Source: Candidatus Rariloculaceae bacterium (lineage in GTDB: Bacteria > Pseudomonadota > Gammaproteobacteria > Steroidobacterales > Rariloculaceae). Taken from it: DNA of 64,000 nucleotides. Location of the stretch: positions 455,989 to 519,988 of the forward strand of contig OZ250159.1 in NCBI GenBank assembly GCA_965237785.1, given 5' to 3'. The translations under genes were made by a program, and so were the position numbers. Positions within the stretch are counted from its first letter, which is position 1; every line of letters begins with the position of its first letter. Below the pieces are notes generated by a model. It was given only the letters and a program-made list of their open reading frames with translations, was not told the origin of the DNA and made no database searches. This document shows, one piece after another, positions 47,601 through 57,678 of the stretch.

Positions 47601-50600
47601 TGGTGTCTTTCGCCGCGGTCAGCGTCTCGCCGGCCCGCGCCGTCCCGGATATCGCCGGCGCGCCGGTGGCGGGGTTGTTGGCGGCGGCCACCGTTGCGGT
47701 GCCCGACGGGTATGGCTCGCTGGTCACTTCCTCGTCGTTGCCGTCGTCGTCCTGGAAGCTCACCTCCACCTTGATCTTCTTGCCCACGTCGGCCGCGACC
47801 AGCGCGTAGGTGCCGGAGTCCGTCCCGATGTTCACCGGGTTCGTCCCGTCCGCGTCCACCCGGACCCACTGCAAGGTGTAGTCGTCCGGGAAGGTGGCCG
47901 GCAGCCCGTCGGCGTCGGCGATGGTGTCTTTCGCCGCGGTCAGCGTCTCGCCGCGGTCAGCGTCTCGGGAAGGTGGCCCGTGTCTTTCCCGCGCCGTCCC
48001 CGGCCCGCGCCGTGCCGGATATCGCCGGCGCGCCGGTGGCGGGGTTGTTGGCGGCGCCAACCGTTGCGGTGCCCGACGGGTATGGCTCGCTGGTCACTTC
48101 CTCGTCGTTGCCGTCGTCGTCCTGGAAGCTGACCTCCACCTTGATCTTCTTGCCCACGTCCGCCGCGACCAGCGCGTAGGTGCTTGAGTCCGTCCCGATG
48201 TCGACCGAGTTCGACTCGCCGTCCGCGTCCACCCGGACCCACTGCAAGGTGTAGTCGTCCGGGAAGGTGGCGGGCAGCCCGTCGGTGTCGGCGATGTTGT
48301 CTTTCGCCGCGGTCAGCGTCTCGCCGGCCCGCGCCGTCCCGGATATCGCCGGCGCGCCGGTGGCGGGGTTGTTGGCGGCGCCAACCGTTGCGGTGCCCGA
48401 CGGGTATGGCTCGCTGGTCACTTCCTCGTCGTTGCCGTCGTCGTCCTGGAAGCTCACCTCCACCTTGATCTTCTTGCCCACGTCGGCCGCGACCAGCGCG
48501 TAGGTGCCGGAGTCTGTCCCGATGTTCACCGGGTTCGTCCCGTCCGCGTCCACCCGGACCCACTGCAAGGTGTAGTCGTCCGGGAAGGTGGCCGGCAGCC
48601 CGTCGGCGTCGGCGATGGTGTCTTTCGCCGCGGTCAGCGTCTCGCCGGCCCGCGCCGTCCCGGATATCGCCGGCGCGCCGGTGGCGGGGTTGTTGGCGGC
48701 GGCCACGGCGAGGGAAACCTTCACCCTGTCGCCTTCGTTCCAGGAGAGCCCGGCGGCGTCGAATGCGAACACAAGCTGGCTGCCGAGGCCGGCGGTGAAG
48801 GTGAAGGTTTCGGAGCCGAGGGTGAGGGCGAGCTCCTCGCTGCCCAGCAGCCCGTCGGCAGGGGTGGTGCCGGAGATGCGGCGTATCTGGAGACTGAGCT
48901 GCCCGCCCGTGCCACTGTTGTAGGCGACGTAGGGGACGCCGACGACGGCGGTGCCGCGGGTGAAGCTGTCGGGGGAGAGCGAGCCGATGTCGACGGGAGG
49001 TAAATCGCTGTAGCCGTAGAGGGTGCTGAGGTTCCCGACGGTGAGGGTGGCGCACCACAGGACCTCGCAGGCCTCCGCCACTGTTTCCATCCCCGAGGGA
49101 TAGGCGGCGCCGGTCAGTGCCTCGTCGTTGCCCTCGTTATCCTGGAAGCTGACCCGCACCTTGATCTTCTTGCCCTCGTCCGCCGCGACCAGCATGTAGG
49201 TGCTTGAGTCCGTCCCGATGTCGACCGAGTTCGACTCGCCGTCCGCGTCCACCCGGACCCACTGCAAGGTGTAGTCGTCCGGGAAGGTGGCGGGCAGCCC
49301 GTCGGTGTCGGCGATGGTGTCTTTCGCCGCGGTCAGCGTCTCCCCGACCCGCGCCGTCCCGGATATCGCCGGCGCGCCGGTGGCAGGGTTGTTGGCGGCG
49401 GCCACCGTTGCGGTGCCCGACGGGTATGGCTCGCTGGTCACTTCCTCGTCGTTGCCGTCGTCGTCCTGGAAGCTGATCTCCACCTTGATCTTCTTGCCCA
49501 CGTCCGCCGCGACCAGCGCGTAGGTGCTTGAGTCCGTCCCGATGTCGACCGCGTTCGACTCGCCGTCCGCGTCCACCCGGCTCCACTGGAAGGTGTAGTC
49601 GTCCGGGAAGGTGTCCGGCAGCTCGTCGATGTCGGCGATGTTGCCGACCGCCGCGGTCAGCGTCTCGCCGGCCCGCGCCGTCCCGGATATCGCCGGCGCG
49701 CCGGTGGCGGGGTTGTTGGCGACGCCAACCGTTGCGGTGCCCGACGGGTATGGCTCGCTGGTCACTTCCTCGTCGTTGCCGTCGTCGTCCTGGAAGCTCA
49801 CCTCCACCTTGATCTTCTTGCCCACGTCGGCCGCCACCAGCGCGTAGGTGCCGGAGTCTGTCCCGATGTTCACCGGGTTCGTCCCGTCCGCGTCCACCCG
49901 GACCCACTGCAAGGTGTAGTCGTCCGGGAAGGTGGCCGGCAGCCCGTCGGCGTCGGCGATGTTGTCTTTCGCCGCGGTCAGCGTCTCCCCGACCCGCGCC
50001 GTCCCGGATATCGCCGGCGCGCCGGTGGCGGGGCGGTTGGCAATGGCGAGGGAGACCTTCACCGTGTCGCCTTCGTTCCAGGAGAGCCCGGCGGCGTCGA
50101 ATGCGAACACAAGCTGGCTGCCGAGGCCGGCAGTGAAGGTGAAGGTTTCGGAGCCGAGGGTGAGGGCGAGCTCCTCGCTGCCCAGCAGCCCGTCGGCAGG
50201 GGTGGTGCCGGAGATACGGCGTATCTGGAGACTGAGCTGCCCGCCCGTGCCACTGTTGTAGGCGACGTAGGGGACGCCGACGACGGCGGTGCCGCGGGTG
50301 AAGCTGTCGGGGGAGAGCGAGCCGATGTCGACGGGAGGTAAATCGCTGTAGCCGTAGAGGGTGCTGAGGTTTCCGACGGTGAGGGTGGCGCACCACAGGA
50401 CCTCGCAGGCCTCCGCCACTGTTTCCATCCCCGAGGGATAGGCGGCGCCGGTCACTTCCTCGTCGTTGCCCTCGTTATCCTGGAAGCTGACCCGCACCTT
50501 GATCTTCTTGCCCACGTCCGCCGCGACCAGCGTGTAGGTGCTTGAGTCCGTCCCGATGTCGACCGAGTTCGACTCGCCGTCCGCGTCCACCCGGCTCCAC

Positions 50601-51060
50601 TGGAAGGTGTAGTCGTCCGGGAAGTTGGCGGGCAGCCCGTCGGTGTCGGCGATGTTGCCCTGCCCGGCGGTCAGATCTTCGCGCACCTGCGCCGTGCCCG
50701 TGATCGCCGGGGCGCCCGTGGCGGCGTTGTTGGCAGCGGCGACCACGCCCGTGGCCGCGCTGGTGAGCGACTCGGCGTTGCCGTCGTCGTCCTGGAAGCT
50801 GGCCCGGACCTTGATCGTCTTGCCCTCGTCAGCGTCCACCAGCGTGTAGGTGCTTGACGTAGCGCCCGATATATCAGCAGGGTTCGAGCTGCCGTCCGCA
50901 TCGAGCCGGATCCACTGGTAGGTGTAGCTCACGTTGGTAAGCCCGTCCATGTCCATGATGCCGGTGGTGGCCGCGGTGAGTTCCTGGCCTACCTGCGCGG
51001 TGCCGGTGATGGTGGGGGCGCCGGTGGCGTTGGCGCTGTCCACCTCGGTGACGGTTACCG
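40820..51060 (-). repeat. coding tandem array: ~27 contiguous copies of a 321/324-nt unit interspersed with four 378-nt modules
   Basis: The periodic antisense ORFs in the ORF track start 321 or 324 nt apart (41984, 42305, 42626, 42950, 43271, 43595, 43916, 44237; 44936...46550; 47249...48588; 49287...49932). The steps are 699 nt across each inserted module. Many units are near-identical at nucleotide level. Confidence 0.95.
41677..47952 (-). CDS. giant adhesin, central repeat segment (in-frame part of ORF-track ORF 40876..48060)
   Basis: About 18 copies of the ~107/108-aa repeat ANNPATGAPAISGTARAGETLTAAKDTIADADGLPATFPDDYTLQWVRVDADG...GKKIKVEVSFQDDDGNDEEVTSEPYPSGTATV, plus 2 copies of a 126-aa Cys-containing module. 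Both ends of the ORF-track ORF are out-of-frame read-through. Confidence 0.85.
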
Positions 51061-54000
51061 TGGGGTACGGCGCGCCGCCGTAGGTGCCGATTATCGCCAC
51101 GTGGGCGATGGTCGTCGTGCCGTTCTCGGTGTCCGTGTCCGCAGCGGCGTTCACCGTCACGGTCTGGGCCGTGCTCCAGTCGGATGTCGTGAAGGTCAGC
51201 CCGGCCTCCGAGTCATGCGTGATGTCCTCGTCGCCGCCGTCGGCTAGTGCCACCCGCAGTATCACCGTCGCGGTTGGCGCCGTGGCGAACACCACGGTGT
51301 AGCTCGCGCTGCCGCCCTCCGGAACCTTCAGCTCCGTCGGCGTGATCAGCACCCCAGGCGTCTGGTTGATCACCGCCTGGTCCGTCAGCGCCGCCGCGGC
51401 GTTGCCATCCTCGTCCCGCACCGGATTCGACGCCGGCACCCTGTAGCTCACCGTGACGCTCTCGCCCGGCCCGGCCGCCGTCGACAGCATCAGCGTCACC
51501 GCCTGCCCGGCCACGGCCACCGCGCTGCTCGACGCCAGCGCGCGCTCCGCGCCCGCCACCATCACCGTGAACGCCGCCGCGTCCGTCTTCGAGTTCTCGT
51601 CCAACGCCACGTCGTAGGTCAGCGTCAGCACCGCGCCGTTAATCGTCGCGCTCTCAAGCGCCGGCGTCGTGTCCGCCGCGGCAACCGGCGTCGCGGATTG
51701 CTCCGCGCTGGCGACGCCACCGCCCACGTCGTTCACCGCCCGGAGCTGGAAGGTGTGGGCCGTGTCGTTCGGCAAGCCCGTGACGGTGAAGCTGGCTTCG
51801 TTGGCTTCGCCCGGCGCGCTGTCGGCAATCGCCGTCCATGCACCGTAGGCGGCGGTTGTTTTCACCCGGTACTCGTGGCCGGCGATCCCCGACGCGCTCG
51901 GCACGGTCCAGCCCAGGGTCACCGCGCCGTCGCCCGCCGTGGCCGCGAACCCGGCCGGCGCCGCCGGCGCCAGTGCCACCGTCCCGGTGCGCGTGAACAC
52001 GAGCCGCGCGATGCGCTCGCCGGTGAACTTGCCCCTGCCGCGCAGGCTGGCGATGGGCGCCTTCGGGTTCGTGCCGGCGTTGCTCATGTCGAACCCGGTC
52101 CCGTCCTCCGTTCCCGCGTCCCACGGATACAGCTCCACCGTGCGCGACGACAGCCAGTCGCCGGACGAGTCCAGCAGCGACAGCCCGGAGACCCCCACGA
52201 ACCAGTCCGGCGTCGGGGCGATCATCGACGTGAGCGTGATGCGCGGGTGGTCGCTGGTGAAGACGACGCCGGTCTCGGTGCGGTTGCCGGCGATGCCGGG
52301 CGCGTCATAGGTGACCGCCGCAAGCGCATCGGGCTTCCCGGCGTTGACCTCGCCCGCCAGGGTAGCCGTGGTCCCTTCCTCGGCCATGGCCTCCACACCG
52401 GCGCTCGCCGTCTCGCCGGCCTCGAGGAACGCGACCTGGTCGTTGTGGATGCCGCCCACGAAGGTCGTGAAGTGGGCGCCGGGCGGCACCCCGCCCGGCG
52501 TGACGCCGCTGTCCCAGTCCCCTTCGATCCGAATGCTGTAGGTGGCCCGCGACGTGCGCGCCACCGCCGGGTCGTCGTCCGGCGGCGTCAGCGAGTCGTC
52601 CCCGGTGTCGCTTTCATCGGTGACGCTGACGGTCACGGCGTGGGTCGCCGAAGCCCCGCCGTCGGACACCTTCACCGTCACCGAGTGGCTGATCTTGGCC
52701 TCGTGGTCGAGGTGGGCCCTGGTTTGTATCCGGCCGGTGTCCGTGATCGCGAAGTTATCGCCGTCATCGCCTTTCAGGGTGTAGGTCAGGGTGTCGCCGG
52801 CGTCCGGGTCGGTGGCCGTGAACGGGTTGCCGATGTTCGTGTCCGGCGCGGTGTTCTCCGCCACGGACAACGTCGCCGGCAGGCCGGTGTCGAACACCGG
52901 GGGAGCGTTCGGCAGGAGCTCCACGGTCACGAACGCCCCGTCGGCCAGGCCCCGGATCGCCGCGGGCGCGGGGGTCCACCGGTAGTTGTTGGCTACCCCA
53001 TCTTCACCGTCTCTATTGCCTCTGGTCGCGCTGCCCGGGGCGAAGAAATGCGACCCCACCCTCAGCGTCACGCGGCCCAGGCCGGCGGCGGGAAAGTCGC
53101 GGTCCAGGGTCAGGTGGAGCGAGCCACTGCCATCGACAAGATCAGTATCCCATCTGAGGCTCTCGACCGTGTAGGGCGCGCCGTCCAGGTCGAAATCCGT
53201 GTCGCTGAGCCCGCCGTAGGGTGTCGAACACCGTCCAGCCGCGGCGTCGCAGTACCCATGGGGCACGTCTTGATCCCCCACCTGTACAGCCCCCACCGTC
53301 AGCGTCGCGCACCAGATGTGTCCCGCGGTGCAGGCCGGGGGCGGCACCGTCGCGGCGCTGGTCCGCGCCTCTGCGTTGCCCTCGCCGTCCGTGAAGCCCA
53401 CCCTGACCCGGAACCGCTTGCCCGCGTCGGCCGCGACCAGCGTGTAGGTGCGGGCGCTCGCCCCGGAAATCTCCACCCGGTTCGACTCGCCGTCCGCGTC
53501 CACCCGGACCCACTGCAAGGTGTAGTCGTCCGGGAAGGTGTCCGGCAGCCCGTCGGCGTCGGCGATGTTGCCGATCGCCGCGGTCAGCGTCTCCCCGACC
53601 CGCGCCGTGCCGGAAATCGTCGGGACGCCGGTGGCGGGGGTGTTGGTGGACATTGCCGGGAGCGTTGTCAGCCGGACGTTGACCGTGTCGCCGTCGGACC
53701 AGGTCAGACCGCTATTGGCCCAGCGTAGGTCCCGGTTGCCCCTGAGCCGGCTCGCATCGTCGAACGCGAACGCGGCGTCGTCCACATGAAGCGTCCAGCC
53801 GGACGGCGGCTCCTTGTCGAATTCAAGGGACAACTCACCATCGCCCAACACGGCGAGATAGATGATGGTGTACCCAGTGCCGTCATATGTGAAACTGCTC
53901 GGGTTGAGCGACCCCACTCTGCCGGAGGAATAGCCCACGGCTCCTGGCGTTGGTGCTCCCGCCTCCATTGTTGCGGAGTGGATTCCCTGGACCGAGAGCG

Positions 54001-57000
54001 ACGCGACCGCCTTGGACGCGGGATACGCCGCGCTGGTCAGTTCCTCGTCGTTGCCGTCGTCATCCTGGAAGCTCACCCGCACCTTGATCTTCTTGCCCTC
54101 ATCGGCCGCGACCAGCGCGTAGGTGCTCAAGGTCGCCCCGGGGATGTCAACCGCGTTCGAGCCGTCCGAATCCTCCCGAATCCACTGGAAGCTGTAGTCG
54201 CCCGGGAAGTTGACCGGCAGCCCGTCGGCGTCGGCGATGTTGCCGATCGCCGCGGTCAGCGTCTCCCCGACCCGCGCCGTGCCGGAAATCGCCGGCGCGC
54301 CGATGGCGTTGCTGTGGCCCGTCGGCGTCAGACTGCCGTCGACCTTGTGCTCGGATTGCCTGCCGGGGCCAGCGTGGTTGAGGAAGGCGGAAACCTGGTC
54401 GTCGACGGCGCGAATGTATTCGCCGTCGTCAAGCTTGATGGTTCTCGTTTGATTCCCGATCCAGATGCCGTTGTCGTCCATGTCGGCGGCCAGCACCGTG
54501 TAGACGAACACCAGGGCCGTCGTGCCCGAGCCCCTCTCGTAGGCCGCCCGCGTGTCCGTCCCGTCGAGCGAGAACTCGAAATGCGGCCGGCTCGCGCTCA
54601 CCTCCACCTCATCGGTGAAGGTCACCGTGAAACGGATCAGCTCGCCCACCCCGTAGGTGTCGGATTCAGCGGTCGGCGTCGAGGTGACCGCCACCGAGGA
54701 AACCGTAGGGGCGGCGGCGCCAACCCGAAAAATTCCCGACAGGCCGTAAAAACGGCGAAGGTCTGTTTTGGCGGTGGGCAAGGCATCAATTTCGAAGCCT
54801 GCGGAGGCAGGATAGCCCTGATTAACCCGATCTGCACCGAGGTAGTTGCTTCCGCTACTCGCGCCTGATTCCAAACAACCGGTAAATACTCGCGATTCCG
54901 CCCCGCTTACCGGGGCATTCGTCCCGCCGGGATATTTGGGCCTGTTGGAATCCCAATTCCCGTCGTAAAGATCCGCGTAGTTGTCCGCGACCTTCGCCCC
55001 GTTGAGCCAGTAAATGGCGGCTGCCGTATCGGTGCTTCCAGTGTATGTATTCGCGATGGCGCTGGTAGTCTCGGTACAACCCAGTACATTGAAGCCTGCG
55101 GAATAACTTCGAATGTCCGCGTGACCGTCACTGGAAACATCGCCCTGGACCACACTGTTGTAGTCGGCGATAGCGGTATCTTCCGCGTCTTGTCGAGTGG
55201 ACGTGACGATCAGCAGGCGGAAAGCGTCGCCCTCACTCAGTCCCGAAGGAATCAGGCCCCAGTTCGGCGGAACCTCCGCCGGCGGGGGCGGCGGCGGGGG
55301 CGGCGTCAGGCTGCCGTCCACCTTGTGGCCGCCCAGAAGCCCCAACCCAATATGGGTCAGCACGGCATCGGCCGTATTGCTGACCAGGTCCCGGATCGTC
55401 TCCCCGGCGTCCAGCTTGACGGTTCGCGTGTGATCCCTGACCCAGATGCCGTTGTCGTCCATGTCGGCGGCCAGCACCGTGTAGGCGAACACCAGCGCGG
55501 TCGTGCCGTCCCCGCTCTCCAGCGCCGCCTCCTTGTCCACGTCGCTTCCCGACGGACCGAGCGAGAACTCGAAATGCGGGGCGCCCGTCACGCGGACCGG
55601 ACCGTTGAAGGTCACCGTGAAACGGATCGTCTCGCCCACCCCGTAGGTGTCCTCCATCGCCGTGGGCATCGAGCTCACCGCCACCAATGAAAGCGCCGGC
55701 GGCGTGACGTCGAGCTCGAGCGCGACGGCGACGATCTCGCCGTAGCTCCAGCCCAGCCCCCCCGCCGGCCGCGGCCACGCGTAGCAGTCGCTCGTCGTGA
55801 TCGCCGTGGAGGCGTCGAACCGGAAGGTTTTGCCGCTGATGAGCAGAACCAGCGCGTTGCGCACCGCGTCCGGGGGGGTCGCGGAAGCGACAAAGCAGGC
55901 AACGACCGTCTCGGCATCGTAAGGGGTCGGGGCGGTCGCGCCGAACTCGCCGAGCAGGCCAAGCTCGTAGCGCGTGCTGTCGACCTCGAAGTCGGCGCCG
56001 GTTATCGCGCCGATCGTCGGCGAGAGGAGCGCGTTGTATCCGGGGAAGCCATCCCTCTCGCCCACCGTCATGCTGGCGGTGAGCAGCGCCGCGGGATGCG
56101 CGCTCGGCGCCGCGGCCTCGCGCACCAGCGTCACCGTGTAGGCCTCGGTCGTGTTGCCGTCCTCCGCCGTCACCGTCACCTTGACCGTGTTGCGGCCCGT
56201 GTCGAGCGACAGGGCGGCGGTGCCGCGCGTGGCGGCGTCGTCGTCGCCCGCGATCGCCACCGTGGCGGCCTCGTCGTTCTTCGTCGCCGTCACCGTCACC
56301 GAGTCCACCGGGTTCGCCACCCAGGCGCGGTACTCCGTCGTGGCGCTCGCGAACGCCGGGTCGAGCGTCACGCCCGTGCCGAGCGACAGCGCGCTCAGCG
56401 TGGCGTCGGTGGAGGCCGAGGCGCCCGCTACCCGAAAAATTTCAGACAGGCCGTAAAAACGGTAACTGTCTGTACGAGGAAAACTAACATTACTAAATTC
56501 GAATCCTGCGTTGCCAGGATAACCCACGTTAACATCCGCATCTGTTGAACCGAGGTACCCAAGTGCTCTGACCACTCCTGTGTCACCACAACCCGTAAAT
56601 GCCACTGAAGCAAGGCCGATTGTCGGGGCATCCGTCCCGGCGGGATACTTGGGCGCGTTGGAATCCCAACTCCCGTCATACAAATCCGCGTAGTCGTCCG
56701 CGACCTTCGCCCCGTTGAGCCAGTAAATGGGGGCCGCCGTATCGGTGCTTGCCGTGTTTGTATTCGCGCTGGCGCTGGTCGTCTCGGTACAACCCAGCAT
56801 ATTGAATTTTGCGGAATAACCTTGAATGTCCGTGTGACCGTTGCCGGACACGTCGCCCTGGACCACCGTGTTGTAGTGGACGATATCGGTATTCTCAGCG
56901 GTTTGTTGAGTAGACGTGACGATCAGCAGGCGAAAATCGTCGCCCGCGCTCAGTCCCGAAGGAATCAAGCTCCAGTCCGCCGGAACCTCCGTCTGCGTCT

Positions 57001-57655
57001 GCGCCGGCGGCGGGGCGGTGTCGTCGTTGACGCGGATTTTCAGCAGGTGACCGTTCGTAACCCAAGCGTTATTCGACCCCCTCGCACGCCACAGCCGGTC
57101 GTCGTGAATACTCCAGCCCTCGGCGGATGTATCATCCTCCGCATCCGACTGCGTGCGCTGCACGAGTATTTGAATGTTCCCGCTGTAGCTCAAATGCACG
57201 AAGTAGTCCGTGCTTGCCGACAGCGTCGTATTCGGCAGCGCGCTGAATGTCCCCACGCCCTCCTCCGACAGACTCGCCGGATTGTTCAACGTGGCGATAC
57301 TGCTGCCCGGGATATCGCTGTCGTTCTCATCCGCGGTCCAAAGTGTCGCCGTCAGGGATTGAAGCGCATCGTCACTGGCAGAAAAAAACTCGACTTCGAT
57401 CGACCCCAGGGTGTACCCACCCGGTGTTGGTCCGGTCTCAAAGCCCATGGCCATTTCGTTGATCGCCAGTACTATAGTGCTTGAGTTATCCTGCCCGATG
57501 TTGCTGACCAGTTCGGCGGCCTGGGCGGACGCGGGGATGACCAGTAACGCGCCGAACGCGAGCCTGAAGAAGGCGCCCGAAGGGCGAAGCAGCCGCGGGG
57601 CCCTCACACACGTAATTCCTGACAGTCTGCGCCCGCCGTCCCGCTCGCCGGCCAT
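48002..57655 (-). CDS. giant adhesin, N-terminal segment (ORF-track ORF 47957..58069, true start ~57655)
   Basis: ATG 57655 gives MAGERDGG...FFRLAFGALLVIPASAQA|AE. The ORF-track N-terminus 57656-58069 is antisense to the upstream barrel. Domains: N-terminal domain, duplicated lectin-like modules, cadherin-like beta-sandwich, cadherin, Spondin_N-like, Fn3, Ig-like repeats. Confidence 0.85.
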
Positions 57656-57678
57656 CAACTTGAGAATCGGCCCGGTAT

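Larger units (their letters stand above)
35433..57655 (-). other. reconstructed single giant autotransporter adhesin gene (7,391 codons after removing 50 nt); as sequenced it is broken into three overlapping ORFs
   Basis: Signal peptide only at the 57655 end; beta-barrel (…LQGSVRW) only at the 35433 end. The repeat pattern runs straight across both ORF junctions. 22,223 nt minus 49 minus 1 equals 22,173, which is 3 x 7,391. Confidence 0.75.

Noticed and set aside
41023-50849. A regular series of ~78-aa plus-strand ORFs (MAGSPSASAMVSFAAVSVSPARAVPDIAG…) every 321/324 nt
   Set aside because: They are the antisense image of the minus-strand adhesin repeat. Their periodicity simply mirrors the coding repeat, and there is no independent start context or function.
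40820-51060. A CRISPR-like or satellite interpretation of the periodic array
   Set aside because: The units are 321/324 nt, contiguous with no unique spacers, in frame, and encode a conserved protein domain inside a signal-peptide-to-barrel gene. No cas genes are present.
40820-51060. Diversity-generating retroelement or other targeted hypermutation as the source of repeat variation
   Set aside because: There is no reverse transcriptase or template repeat in the window. The variant positions are shared mosaics among units rather than adenine-specific substitutions.
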